Virus record (IMG/VR): IMGVR_UViG_3300022752_004319
Span: 32,001-96,000 of that record
Origin: a virus
Length of the DNA: 64,000 nucleotides
Strand: one strand, 5' to 3'
Below, piece after piece: positions 1 to 10,499 of this stretch (positions are counted from its first letter, which is position 1; every line of letters starts with the position of its first letter). Made by a program: the position numbers and the translations under genes. Below the pieces are notes generated by a model, which was given only the letters and a program-made list of their open reading frames with translations, was not told the DNA's origin and did not search any database.

Positions 1-338
1 GTTATTATACATTTCTTTTTCCCTTCGAACTCTCTCATAATGAGTTCTATAAGTTGAATTGCTCCATTTCCAATTAATAAATATTCAGGATTTATATCAA
101 TGTTTTTTGATAATAAATTGGATAAGATTTTATTTTGAGGGGGGTAGTATTTGATATAATCAGTAAGATCTATTTTTTTGAAATTATCCATAAATAATTC
201 AAATGCGTACGGATTACATAAAAAACACGCATCAACTGAAACGTCTATTTTCAAATCGTTTTTTAATTCATATACCGAAGGTGAATGAAGACCTGAGTCA
301 GATTTAAGTTTTAAAAATTTTTCATAACTATCATTCAT
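1..338 (-). CDS. PLP-dependent aminotransferase class I/II (HisC/CobD-like), runs off the window start
   Basis: Manual translation from ATG at 338 (ATGA overlap with the upstream stop): MNDSYEKFLKLKSDSGLHSPS...DACFLCNPY...YYPPQN...LLIGNGAIQLIE. The NP, YP and GNGA motifs are typical of HisC/CobD N-termini. Not in the ORF track. Confidence 0.7.
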   Translation of the reverse strand, partial: MNDSYEKFLKLKSDSGLHSPSVYELKNDLKIDVSVDACFLCNPYAFELFMDNFKKIDLTDYIKYYPPQNKILSNLLSKNIDINPEYLLIGNGAIQLIELIMREFEGKKKCII

Positions 339-1669
339 ATAAGAGACACGGTTTTAAATTTATTTGAACTTGGATCTCTATCTAAGTGATTTTTTTTATG
401 AATAGTAATTTGTATGTCACCCAATCTGTTTTTCATTTCTTGTAACAATTTATTTTCCAGATCCTGGGTATAATTATAATTAGGCACTAGATAAAAATCT
501 ACATCTTTAGTTTCTCTTTTTTGAATTATTTGAAATAAATCAACACAATCGTATTTTGACATAAAGGAATAAAAATTTACAGCAGGGACAAGTGAATTTT
601 TTTCTGTAACTAACATATCCCCATTTCGACCTAGTATTCTTTTGATTGTTTTGGGAAATGCACCATCTAAAATTGGATTTTCAAGTCTTTCAACTATATC
701 GTTAGTTTTATATCTGATCAAAGGCATAACTTTGTTATAAAAACCTGATCCTAAAATCGTATTATTATCATCGTATTCTGTGAATGAATATATCAAATTT
801 TCCTTGTAATAATCATTCTGATTGTCTTGGTGAGCAAATGCAACTTTTTCTACTTGACCATAGTGCATTCTAATTTTTATTCCAAAAGTATCGTAAATTA
901 CTTCTTCCCATTGAGGTAGACACATTTCAGAAGCTGCATGAATAAATTTTAAATATCGAAGTTTCAAATTGTACTTTCGACATAACAAGGCAAAATAATA
1001 TATTGTTGATGGGTATGATACCAATATTTTTGATTTTTGTTTGTTAAAATATTCGACATACGAAAAAATTGTTTCATCATTCAAATGGAATGCCGACATA
1101 TAACTTCGATTTAATTCGTAATCAATAAAAAAAATCGGATCACCTTCATTTGGTGAATATCTTCTAATCCATATAGAATGGTCTTGATATAATTTAGCGC
1201 CGTGATCCAAATACGCATTTTCTATAATTGCACATTCTATCTTGAACAAATCATCTGAACCTAATACAACTAATCTTTTACCAGTCGTTCCAGAAGTATT
1301 CATTTTATATTGTTTTCCTTTGTATTCTGTGGATATTAAATCATCATAATTTTCAATTATTAAATCTTTGGTTAATTCTGGTAAAATTTTTAAGTCATCA
1401 AAATCTTTAATATTTGGATCAAAACCATATTGACGAAATACTTTTTGGTAATAAGGAACTGATGAATTACAATATTTTAAAACATTTTTTAATGTATTTA
1501 ATTGATAATTTTTTGTCTCATCATATGTCCATTTTTTTGATTGGTTAATCAAAAACCAAAATTCATTATAGGTTTTCCCATAACGATGTTTAAATGGTAT
1601 TATTTTGTAAACAATTTTTTTTACAAAATTTGGTTGTTTTTCTATTAAAAATTTTAAACTACTAGCCAT
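335..1669 (-). CDS. Phenylacetate-CoA ligase / CapK-like adenylate-forming enzyme
   Basis: VPYY, TSGTTG (AMP-binding P-loop), YPS, HYGQVE, MPLIRYKTND and GRNGD motifs, in a polysaccharide gene context. Confidence 0.8.
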   Translation of the reverse strand: MASSLKFLIEKQPNFVKKIVYKIIPFKHRYGKTYNEFWFLINQSKKWTYDETKNYQLNTLKNVLKYCNSSVPYYQKVFRQYGFDPNIKDFDDLKILPELTKDLIIENYDDLISTEYKGKQYKMNTSGTTGKRLVVLGSDDLFKIECAIIENAYLDHGAKLYQDHSIWIRRYSPNEGDPIFFIDYELNRSYMSAFHLNDETIFSYVEYFNKQKSKILVSYPSTIYYFALLCRKYNLKLRYLKFIHAASEMCLPQWEEVIYDTFGIKIRMHYGQVEKVAFAHQDNQNDYYKENLIYSFTEYDDNNTILGSGFYNKVMPLIRYKTNDIVERLENPILDGAFPKTIKRILGRNGDMLVTEKNSLVPAVNFYSFMSKYDCVDLFQIIQKRETKDVDFYLVPNYNYTQDLENKLLQEMKNRLGDIQITIHKKNHLDRDPSSNKFKTVSLI

Positions 1670-2309
1670 TTTTCCTTTTGAAGAAATAATTTTCAGTATC
1701 TAATACCAAGAAATTTTCATAATTAATTTTATTCATAAAGTCAAAAATATCTTCTGATTTATATCCTCTTGTTGTAAGTGCATGATTAATTTCCACACAA
1801 ATAGTGATGTTATTATTTAGTAACAAATTTATCCCACCTAACAAAATTTCGTAGTCATAACCATCCGCGTCTATTTTTATAAAATCTGGTATAACTTGAT
1901 TTACTTTTACGTACTCATCCAAAGTCATAAAATTGTAAATTTCTTCAAATGGATCTTGACCCCAAATTTTGTATATTTTTTCGGTGAAATAACCAACCTT
2001 ACTTCCAAATCCAAGTTTTTCTGTTTTTACAGACTCTATGTTATTTTTTTGTAAATTTGGTAACAAATAGTTTTCGTATGTGTCTGTGGGCTCAAAGGAA
2101 TACACAGTTGAACATTTCTGACTAAATAAGATGCTATACAAACCTACGTGAGCTCCAATGTCAAAAATTATGTTTTCTTTTCTCAAATTTTTTAAAAACC
2201 AGTCTCGTGTTTCTGGTTCTACATACCGACCATTATTTGAGTAGTAGGACTCAAATACTGGATAAAAATCAAGATAAAAAGATTTCTCTTCAATCGGAAA
2301 TAGTATCAT
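1662..2309 (-). CDS. FkbM-family SAM methyltransferase
   Basis: FDIGAHVG, SFEP, TLD and FIKIDADG motifs. Confidence 0.85.
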   Translation of the reverse strand: MILFPIEEKSFYLDFYPVFESYYSNNGRYVEPETRDWFLKNLRKENIIFDIGAHVGLYSILFSQKCSTVYSFEPTDTYENYLLPNLQKNNIESVKTEKLGFGSKVGYFTEKIYKIWGQDPFEEIYNFMTLDEYVKVNQVIPDFIKIDADGYDYEILLGGINLLLNNNITICVEINHALTTRGYKSEDIFDFMNKINYENFLVLDTENYFFKRKNG

Positions 2310-4026
2310 TGATAATTTGTTTTGGATAAATGAAAATTACACCTGAATTTACACAATCAATTTCTTGATTATAATAAAATTCATACGAACCATAAATTTT
2401 ATTCAATTGTGTGTGTATGAATTCCAAACAAAGAGTTTGATCCCCGTACTTATCATACCCGAATTTAGCTTTTCCGTTCTCATCTGGTACAAAAAAATCG
2501 TGTATTATTATAACAGGTTTAATTCCTTTTTTATGTATAGCTTCTAATTCTTCAAGTAGTGGTAATGGTTCAGGATCCCAATGTGAGTCTATAAAAAACA
2601 AATAATTTTCATTTTCTTGGACTTCCATATTATTTAAAAAATCTATACTACTAGAATTGTGTAACCTCAAATTTTCATAATGTAAATTTGATTTTGCATA
2701 ATTAAAAAATTCAGTATTAATTTCTACAGATTCAACTGGGACACCAAATGTACACATAATTTTTGTTGACCATCCCAAGTAAGTTCCTGTTTCAATAATT
2801 TTATTTATATTGAAAGTTTTTATTAAATTAGAAAATTCTTCGTATAATTTTTTATCTTCTAGTGCTCCTTTTTCCATTTTGTTTGATAGTTTAAATAAAA
2901 TTTCTTCCCAATCTTGATATGGTGAATTTAAGTATTCTGTCTCATCATAGTTTTTAAGTAATTTATGATCTAACTGAACCACATCATCGTGAAGAATCAT
3001 CCGTCCTTCCTTACTTACCGCAGTTTCTGGTTTTCTGACAAAATCATGATGATAAATAGTATATTTTTGTGCCCAATTAAATACTTTTTTATATTTTTTA
3101 CCCAAAATAAGAAACATAAAATTATCACAAGTTGGTGCACTACCAACAGGTATTGTGAACGGAAAGTCATCTTCAGTTATATGTAGTGGGGTTTTGAAAC
3201 ACCAAGCGTCGGCAAATTCCCCACGTTCCCAGGCTCGTTCATCTCTGAATTGTAGTACATCATTAATATATTCTGTACGAGATAAAGCCAAACAAACTTG
3301 ATTGTCAAGTCTATTAAAAAAATTTTGTTTGACTGTTTTCCATTCATCTGTGACTGGAATAAAAATATCTAAATTCATTACCACAACAACTTTATCAATG
3401 GCAACTAAATTTTGTGTGTATTTAATAAAGTTATTAAAAGTGAACCTAGTCGAATTTTCAAGTATAACTGAAATTTTCGAAGAATTATTTAATCTAGTTT
3501 GTATAAAATGTTGAAAGTATTCTAAGTTGTTACTATAAACCAAATTATTACAAACCAAAAATATTTTCTCTACTGAAGGGTTTTCGATATTTTTTTTAAT
3601 ACAAAATAAATATTCTTCTAATCTTAGTTCGTTTTTTTCGACAAAAATTTCACAAAAAACAATAATTTTATTGTTGTCAATTATTTCATACACATGGTCG
3701 TCTTTTTTTTCAAAAAAAACTTCAGAATTAATACCTTTATCATCTATGAACAAATCTCCGTTAAATTTCACACCAGTTCGTAATTCGTGAAACTTTAAAC
3801 CATAACCAACCAACTGATTGTATGTTGGTTCATACCAATTTTTTTTGGACACACAACCTCTAGCTGTTTCTACAATAATATAATGTCCTTCATCATAAAG
3901 ATCATTGACAATATTAATACGTTCGGTTATAGGTTTTGCGTTCAAATAATCCCAATCACCTTGATTATTTTTTAACGTGAGACAAAGAGTATTATCTAGA
4001 TCAAAAACATATCTCATATTATTCAT
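2290..4026 (-). CDS. Fusion: HAD-like phosphatase + unknown (possibly GT-like) domain + SAM methyltransferase-like domain
   Basis: N-terminal FDLDNTL, TARG and FIDDK (HAD motifs); C-terminal IIETGTYLG, SVEIN, FFIDSH and IIIHDF. Start moved to a nearby ATG (4032, 4026 or 4017) to avoid a long overlap. Confidence 0.65.
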   Translation of the reverse strand: MNNMRYVFDLDNTLCLTLKNNQGDWDYLNAKPITERINIVNDLYDEGHYIIVETARGCVSKKNWYEPTYNQLVGYGLKFHELRTGVKFNGDLFIDDKGINSEVFFEKKDDHVYEIIDNNKIIVFCEIFVEKNELRLEEYLFCIKKNIENPSVEKIFLVCNNLVYSNNLEYFQHFIQTRLNNSSKISVILENSTRFTFNNFIKYTQNLVAIDKVVVVMNLDIFIPVTDEWKTVKQNFFNRLDNQVCLALSRTEYINDVLQFRDERAWERGEFADAWCFKTPLHITEDDFPFTIPVGSAPTCDNFMFLILGKKYKKVFNWAQKYTIYHHDFVRKPETAVSKEGRMILHDDVVQLDHKLLKNYDETEYLNSPYQDWEEILFKLSNKMEKGALEDKKLYEEFSNLIKTFNINKIIETGTYLGWSTKIMCTFGVPVESVEINTEFFNYAKSNLHYENLRLHNSSSIDFLNNMEVQENENYLFFIDSHWDPEPLPLLEELEAIHKKGIKPVIIIHDFFVPDENGKAKFGYDKYGDQTLCLEFIHTQLNKIYGSYEFYYNQEIDCVNSGVIFIYPKQIINDTISD

Positions 4027-4897
4027 TTTCATACTTAATCCAGTGATCGTAACGATAGACATCTTCACTATTGTGTTGTAGAGACGATCCCCACCATTTT
4101 TTTGGCATAAAAACTTTTTTATCTACATTCAATGGATTGAGCCAAGCAGCCCACCAAGAAAAAGTACTAACACCAATAATATTTACATCACAAACTGACA
4201 TTAAAGAAAAATCTTTCAAATGTGATAATACTGAATTTGTATTATTAACAAACATAATATTTGTACCGTAAAATTTATTTTTACACCACTCAATATCGTC
4301 AGAAAAAATTAAAATACCATCATTTTCATTTGTATTTTCGTTCAGAATACGTTTGTAATAGTTGTTGATTGACAAGTTTGCATTAAATGCATGATTGTCA
4401 AGTGTTAAATCTCCTCTTCTGATATGAACAGAAACTATCTTGTCATAATTTTTTTTTAATTGTTCAAGATAACTTGATGAGTAATCAAATAATTCATTAG
4501 TAAATCTCAACTCGGTTTTTAGTTCATTTTTGTAAGCATCAACATACTCCTTAGCTTGAAAGTAACCATGAAGACAAGTACCATTTGGTAATTCCCAAAA
4601 TTCTGGGTAATATTTTACAATATTATTTTCGTTGTAATAATTTTTTATTTTACTTCGTATTAAATAAGTAGGTTTTTTTTGACCAAATTTTAAATCAAAC
4701 AATCTAAACATATCATTATTGTAAACATCTAATTTACCGATTGTCGGATTAAATCTTCCATTTGTGTTACAATTATCATTTTCAGAGGGTATCCAAAGTT
4801 CTGTATTCAATTTTTTTGCTAAACTAAAGGCGGCAGCATACTGAAACAATTGATTACCTAAACGACCATATTTACCTATTGTTAAATTAGTAATCAT
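4019..4897 (-). CDS. GT11 alpha-1,2-fucosyltransferase-like
   Basis: GRLGNQLFQYA, GYFQ, VHIRRGD, FSDD and STFSWWAAWL signature motifs. Confidence 0.9.
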   Translation of the reverse strand: MITNLTIGKYGRLGNQLFQYAAAFSLAKKLNTELWIPSENDNCNTNGRFNPTIGKLDVYNNDMFRLFDLKFGQKKPTYLIRSKIKNYYNENNIVKYYPEFWELPNGTCLHGYFQAKEYVDAYKNELKTELRFTNELFDYSSSYLEQLKKNYDKIVSVHIRRGDLTLDNHAFNANLSINNYYKRILNENTNENDGILIFSDDIEWCKNKFYGTNIMFVNNTNSVLSHLKDFSLMSVCDVNIIGVSTFSWWAAWLNPLNVDKKVFMPKKWWGSSLQHNSEDVYRYDHWIKYENE

Positions 4898-5619
4898 CTA
4901 GTTAATTGATTTAATTTATTTTTATTTCGTACTTCAGATGCGGTTTTTGATTGTTCGAACAATCCACCAGCTGGACTATTATTTTTATGATCGTTGTAAG
5001 GTGAATTTTCATTATACACATATAAAGTTTTATCCAAAAATTTATAATGTTTTTTACCACAAAGTTCTAATAATGGAAATGAGTATGCAACGTCAGCACC
5101 AGATTTATAATATTCATTATTTTCATCTAAAAAGTTTTCTTTCGGTATATTTTTCCATAAGAATGACTTCCAAGTTCTTAAATGTGAAAATCTAAAAGCA
5201 TCCTTCCTGATCGTATCAGGATTACATTCTTGAGAAAATCCGGGATTTCCATTACTGTACATAAAAGACCCGTTGGTTAACCAAATATTTTTGTCAGAAT
5301 AGGTTTTATTAATAAATGATAATACATCATTACCTAGAAGAAAATCATCAGCATCCACTTCAACTACAATATCTTCATCATCAAATTGAGATATTAATTC
5401 GTCCATATTTTTTAACTTGAACTTTTTTTCATCGTTCTTGATTAAAGTGAACCGATCATCCCCCTCTATAAGTTCTTGTGCAAATTCATATCCACCGTCA
5501 GTAGATAAATCATCAATCATGTAAACGTGGAAGTCATTCAAAGTTTGTATCTTCAAACTTTTTACGTATGTCGAAAGATAATTTTTTGCACTCCAAAAAC
5601 ACGATACTACTTTGATCAT
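4894..5619 (-). CDS. GT2-family glycosyltransferase
   Basis: IDDLSTD, VDADD (DxD) and LYVYN motifs. Confidence 0.85.
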   Translation of the reverse strand: MIKVVSCFWSAKNYLSTYVKSLKIQTLNDFHVYMIDDLSTDGGYEFAQELIEGDDRFTLIKNDEKKFKLKNMDELISQFDDEDIVVEVDADDFLLGNDVLSFINKTYSDKNIWLTNGSFMYSNGNPGFSQECNPDTIRKDAFRFSHLRTWKSFLWKNIPKENFLDENNEYYKSGADVAYSFPLLELCGKKHYKFLDKTLYVYNENSPYNDHKNNSPAGGLFEQSKTASEVRNKNKLNQLTR

Positions 5620-5620
5620 A

Positions 5621-7264
5621 TTATATTTCTTGATTAATTACTTGATAGTATTTGTTCTCAATTAATTGACCAACAACATCACTATTAAATTTATTTAACT
5701 CGTCACTAGATGGTGGTGTGGTCAAAGTTTTTTCTATAATATTTCCAGATGAATCAACTTTATAAATCCACGCTGGTTTTCCGCAAAACCAACTTTCGAT
5801 TGTCGTGCGACCAAGTAATATACCTGCAGTTTCACTAACTCTCTTAATGTAATCTTCAGTTCTCCATGTTGAGTTAAAGTATTTGACATGGGAATTTTGT
5901 AGTAAAGTTTCTAGATAATTTGATTTGTCATCACCGACAAGCCACAATTCTTTTCCATTTTCTTTTGTATAAGAAACTAAATCCTTGATTGTGTTTTCTC
6001 TTAAGTAATCAATACTACCAACAAATAAGACCGCATTCTCGACTTGAGTATTTTTTTGAGAAAACCGTTCATTATCAACAGGATTATAAATTACAGAAGT
6101 TCTTTCTCTAGGTATTTCATAAACGTCAATAATATGTTCTTGAATTTCTGGACGAATACAAATATATTCACGAATTGTTTCATTAATTACTGGTTTTTCC
6201 AAACGTATTACTTCTGAATGAATAGTTGAAATTTTTGGAATATTCGGATAAAGTTGACAAATATAATTTGTTGTTGGTTCGTGTTGAACATGTATAATAT
6301 CAAAATTTACTTCAGATACTTTATACATCGTATTAGGTATAGATAAAACCATTCCATCTGGTGTTTTTTGACCCCATTTACCATCACCCAATTTGAACCC
6401 AGGTGGTTCTTTTAATGAGTACGTTTTGATTCCTAGTTTTTTTGCCATGTCTTCTAAAGGTCGTCCAATATCAGAAAGTACCGAGACATCATGACCTAAT
6501 TTTACAAGTGTTTTGGCTAATTCGTACACATAAACTTCGGAACCTGTAAACGTTTTAAAAAAAAGACAAGACAACAAAATTTTTAGTTTCTCTTCTTTTT
6601 TCTTGGGCAGAATTTTTGGAAGTTCATTTGAATATCTTTCAATAAATTTAACTCTATTTTCTTCCCACTTTTCGTTTGTCATACCAATAGACTTATGTGT
6701 GACACGTATGTCGAACATAACTCCGATTTGTACTCCTTCCAAAAAGTTTTGAAATGAAAAATTAACATCGTAAAAATGAAAACCCTCAACAGTTTCATCA
6801 AATCTAGTTTTAATTCTGGATTTACTTAAACAAATAAATAATCCATCAACCATAACAACGTCTTTTAGTTTATCACCTAAACTAGAACTATATTTTGATT
6901 CCCATTTTTTACCATCACTTTCATGATTGACAATACCAAACATTTTACTTCTATCTTCCCACCACATTCCACTTTTTGGTACAGACGTTGTTCCAGCTAA
7001 ACCAATTATTCCATGTGGATTTTTTTCGAAATGCCTTGTCAGTTTTTTTGCCCAATTTTTGGTGTCAAAGTAAATGTCATCGTGACATAAAACAACTATA
7101 TCATTTGAGGCTTCATTCAAAATTTCATTATAAACTTCTGTTAATGAACGACCGTTTGGATTTACTTTTTCGATAATCTCGACTTTTGGTAAACCACTTG
7201 ATTTACGAAGTAACTCTTTGAATTCTTCTGAAGAATTTCTTGTACTATATCCTATTGTAATCAT
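5621..7264 (-). CDS. Two-domain glycosyltransferase (GT2-like N-terminus + GT4-like C-terminus)
   Basis: YN..L, LCHDD, DGLF and FHFYD (GT-A), followed by GSE...ELA..L..LGHDV and VIYNPVD..RF (GT-B). Start reassigned to the ATG at 7264. Confidence 0.8.
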   Translation of the reverse strand: MITIGYSTRNSSEEFKELLRKSSGLPKVEIIEKVNPNGRSLTEVYNEILNEASNDIVVLCHDDIYFDTKNWAKKLTRHFEKNPHGIIGLAGTTSVPKSGMWWEDRSKMFGIVNHESDGKKWESKYSSSLGDKLKDVVMVDGLFICLSKSRIKTRFDETVEGFHFYDVNFSFQNFLEGVQIGVMFDIRVTHKSIGMTNEKWEENRVKFIERYSNELPKILPKKKEEKLKILLSCLFFKTFTGSEVYVYELAKTLVKLGHDVSVLSDIGRPLEDMAKKLGIKTYSLKEPPGFKLGDGKWGQKTPDGMVLSIPNTMYKVSEVNFDIIHVQHEPTTNYICQLYPNIPKISTIHSEVIRLEKPVINETIREYICIRPEIQEHIIDVYEIPRERTSVIYNPVDNERFSQKNTQVENAVLFVGSIDYLRENTIKDLVSYTKENGKELWLVGDDKSNYLETLLQNSHVKYFNSTWRTEDYIKRVSETAGILLGRTTIESWFCGKPAWIYKVDSSGNIIEKTLTTPPSSDELNKFNSDVVGQLIENKYYQVINQEI

Positions 7265-7266
7265 AA

Positions 7267-7959
7267 TTAAATTCCTGTTGAGCCGAACCCATTTTCCCCT
7301 CGTTCTTTTTGTTGTAAAATCTGTTTTTCTTGTAGTTTTACAACAGCACCTGAATATACTGGACATAAACAAGCTTGTGCTATTTTTTGTCCGACTTTTA
7401 TTAATATTTTTTCTGAACTAGTGTTGTATAAAATTACTTTGATCTCACCAATATAACCTGAGTCAACAGTTCCAGGACTATTAAGCACTATTAACCCTTG
7501 ATTAATTGCTAATCCACTTTTGGTTCTAATTTGTAATTCGGTGTAATCTGGAATATTGAATTTCAAACCTGTGGGAATAAGAGCTCTTTGATTTGGGAAT
7601 AATTCGTAGTCAACTATTGAATAAAGATCAAAACAAGAATCACCAGAGTAGTTATAAAATGGATCTACGGCTTTTTCATGTATTTTAGTATAAGATAATT
7701 CTAAATTAGTGTTTATTTCGGAATCTTCTTGTGCTATCAAATTGTTGATCATTGAACTATTTTCATGTGAATTTAAGTTATTAATAAATGACTCAATATC
7801 CATTCCTAACTTTTCAGATAAGTCAGATAAATCAATGTTTTCATCATTATCGCCGCCTAAAGAAATCATCTTCAATTGATTTTTTAATTCTTCCAAAGAT
7901 TGGTTAAACTCCTCATCCAAATTATCTTCAAATTGGTCTAAATTATTTGTATTTTCCAT
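7267..7959 (-). CDS. dut: Trimeric dUTPase with an acidic N-terminal extension
   Basis: Five dUTPase motifs: DSCFDL, KSGLA, GTVDSGYIGEI, IAQ and RGENGFGSTG. Confidence 0.9.
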   Translation of the reverse strand: MENTNNLDQFEDNLDEEFNQSLEELKNQLKMISLGGDNDENIDLSDLSEKLGMDIESFINNLNSHENSSMINNLIAQEDSEINTNLELSYTKIHEKAVDPFYNYSGDSCFDLYSIVDYELFPNQRALIPTGLKFNIPDYTELQIRTKSGLAINQGLIVLNSPGTVDSGYIGEIKVILYNTSSEKILIKVGQKIAQACLCPVYSGAVVKLQEKQILQQKERGENGFGSTGI

Positions 7960-8660
7960 TATTTTAATTCTTTGAGTTTTTTTATTAAATCAACTAATAC
8001 CAAAACATCCCTTTCACAATACTCAACAATCAAATTTAGTTGATTGTGTTCCCAGTATGCTTCGTGAACCCTGTTACCTGTAATTTCACCTTCTTTAGAT
8101 GATGGTACACCCATAGCAGCGCACATCAACTCTAAGGACGATAAACCAAAAGGATTACCAAATTTCCAAACATCCATAGTATCTATTGCTCTAATTTCCC
8201 AAGGTTTTGTTTCATAACTTGGTAGTAGAGTTGAAGGTCTAATTCCGTTTATTACCATCCTTTTAAGTAAGTGAGGAATATCAAAATTTTTGACATTGTG
8301 ACCACACAACCAAAAATCCGATTTTTGAACCTTATTGAATAACTGATTAATTTCAAATAAAGTTTGTTTTTCATCATCACCTGAGATGGTTTGTTTGTGA
8401 ACTTTTCCATCAGGTGTTACGAAAGCAAAACTGGCACAGACTATTTTTGAAAACTCGGGAACAAGCGCTGCTCTGTTTATAAAAACTTGTTCTTTTGGTA
8501 ATTCTTTATCTTCAGGAAATCTTTTCAAAAACCAGTCGAAATAGTTGTGAAATTGTTTCAACAACATTTCATTGTTCTTTTCAAGTTCCTCATAGTTTCT
8601 GAATAAACCTACAGTTTCAATGTCAAAAAAAAGGATTTTATTTATTGGTTGTGTAATCAT
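7959..8660 (-). CDS. Stand-alone DEDDy 3'-5' exonuclease (PolB-exonuclease-like)
   Basis: FFDIET (Exo I), GHNVKNFDIP (Exo II) and YCERDV (Exo III). Confidence 0.85.
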   Translation of the reverse strand: MITQPINKILFFDIETVGLFRNYEELEKNNEMLLKQFHNYFDWFLKRFPEDKELPKEQVFINRAALVPEFSKIVCASFAFVTPDGKVHKQTISGDDEKQTLFEINQLFNKVQKSDFWLCGHNVKNFDIPHLLKRMVINGIRPSTLLPSYETKPWEIRAIDTMDVWKFGNPFGLSSLELMCAAMGVPSSKEGEITGNRVHEAYWEHNQLNLIVEYCERDVLVLVDLIKKLKELK

Positions 8661-9874
8661 AATATGGATCTGTAAAATTCTGCTCTATCTTTTGTAACTT
8701 TTTCTAAACTATATTTTTCGTGGACAGTTTCATACAATCGTTCACCCAAGTCTTTGGCAAAGTTTGGATTTTGAATAAGTTTTTTAACATACTTAAACCA
8801 ATCACTGTGATTTCTGTTTTCATCCACTAATAATGCGTTTCCGTTGGTAAATATACCATTATCTAAGGCATGAGTCAAATCGATAGTATAGGGCCCGAGA
8901 TTAGATGCAATCAAAGCTTTCTTGTAAAAACCAGCCTCAATTACTTTCAATTGAGATTTCATTCTATTGAAAATGTGATTCTTGATAGGCGCCAAAGATA
9001 CATCAAATTTTGTATAATTTTTTGCGTATTGTTGAATCGGTCTTGTCCAAATTCTTTTATAGAATTCGTGAGAAAATTGTTTATCATCCTCCTCTTTGAA
9101 TCTCATTAAGAAATTATGATATTCAGGTGATATTAATTTATAATTGTCTGTAAATACTTGTTCATATTTGTACCATACAGTTTCATGTGGTTTAATATCT
9201 CGTTTTTTCTGTTCTCCAGTTTGTTGATTGATTTCAGTCACTGTACCTCGGATATCAAACCCACAAAGATAAACTTCTGTTGTGTCTTTGAACTCGTGCA
9301 TTCGAGAGAAAATTGATTCAAGTATAGTAATGTCGTGTAAGTGAGAGGAGCCACCTAACCATCCAAATCTTAACTTATCTGAAGGTTCTGTAACCGCATT
9401 AAATTGAGTCTCAGTTTTACTAATTGCATTTGGAAATACAACAGCGTTTTTATTATACTTTGACATTTCCTGAGCAAAAATACTCGTTGTTGTCATCACA
9501 TAATCACTAACTTTAAGATTTTCTACTATCTTTTCGTGAATTTTATTTGTTACAACTAAATCGTGAATCGGATGATCTTTTGTTGGTAACCAGTAGTCAT
9601 CCAAGTCCATAACTGTCTTTATACCTAATTGACCAACCATTTTAATCAAATTGGCTGAAGTATCATAGTTTTGACCAATAGTTCTGTGGAAATGAACTAT
9701 ATCATATTTTCGCCAAAAATTGATGTCGTTTATTTGAGGTTGATAATCTATATCAATATGAAACTCATCACCATACATATTTTGTAACATAATGTGTGGA
9801 TCTAATGAGCGAAACTTACCAACACCAGTTGTATCTGATGGTAATACTAAAATATTAATTTTTGACTTTTGCAT
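8657..9874 (-). CDS. GT-B (GT4-like) glycosyltransferase
   Basis: MDLDDYW, VFPNA, FGWLGGSSHLHD, DVSLAP and FNRMKSQLKVIEAG motifs. Confidence 0.8.
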   Translation of the reverse strand: MQKSKINILVLPSDTTGVGKFRSLDPHIMLQNMYGDEFHIDIDYQPQINDINFWRKYDIVHFHRTIGQNYDTSANLIKMVGQLGIKTVMDLDDYWLPTKDHPIHDLVVTNKIHEKIVENLKVSDYVMTTTSIFAQEMSKYNKNAVVFPNAISKTETQFNAVTEPSDKLRFGWLGGSSHLHDITILESIFSRMHEFKDTTEVYLCGFDIRGTVTEINQQTGEQKKRDIKPHETVWYKYEQVFTDNYKLISPEYHNFLMRFKEEDDKQFSHEFYKRIWTRPIQQYAKNYTKFDVSLAPIKNHIFNRMKSQLKVIEAGFYKKALIASNLGPYTIDLTHALDNGIFTNGNALLVDENRNHSDWFKYVKKLIQNPNFAKDLGERLYETVHEKYSLEKVTKDRAEFYRSIL

Positions 9875-9936
9875 TGTGATTTTTTAGATACTAAAATCTA
9901 ATTAATCACAAAACAAAATAAATATTGAATTTTTTT

Positions 9937-10497
9937 TTACTTAATTTTTTTGATTTTTGTTACAACACCTTCAAATACGTGACTTCCAACTCTGAAGGTT
10001 AGTGGTTGTTTTGTCGAAGAACTTTCTTCGTACAATAATCCTTTTTCCGATAATACTTCTTCTATTGTTTCTTTCAACATAGATTTTAAAATATTGTAAT
10101 CAAAATTAGATTGAACCTTTTTAGGTTCTGCTTTTACATTTCCAGCTGGATCTGTTTTCATTAATCTAGTTGCCGCTTCGACTAATTCATTTGATAAAAC
10201 AGATTGACTTTGTGATTGAGGTTGTTCTATCGGATGTTCCAACATCAATCTTTTTATTTCATCAGGTAGTTTAGAATTTTGAATTCTCTGTGACATCGGA
10301 ACATTCGAGTTTTGTTGTGGTGCCTGTCTTTGTTCTTGTAAAAATTCTTGTGGAATGTTATAGTTTGCACTTACTGGTTCGAAAGACTGAACGCTAGGTG
10401 ATGAAATACTCATAGGTGAATTACCTCTTGGCATTTCAGTTTGTTTATCCATAATTTTTTTAGCTACTGCTAATTTTTGTAATAAATCTTGATTCAT
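9937..10497 (-). CDS. Hypothetical phage protein
   Basis: 186-aa ORF in a tightly packed run, Q/S/P-rich. Confidence 0.6.
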   Translation of the reverse strand: MNQDLLQKLAVAKKIMDKQTEMPRGNSPMSISSPSVQSFEPVSANYNIPQEFLQEQRQAPQQNSNVPMSQRIQNSKLPDEIKRLMLEHPIEQPQSQSQSVLSNELVEAATRLMKTDPAGNVKAEPKKVQSNFDYNILKSMLKETIEEVLSEKGLLYEESSSTKQPLTFRVGSHVFEGVVTKIKKIK

Positions 10498-10499
10498 AA

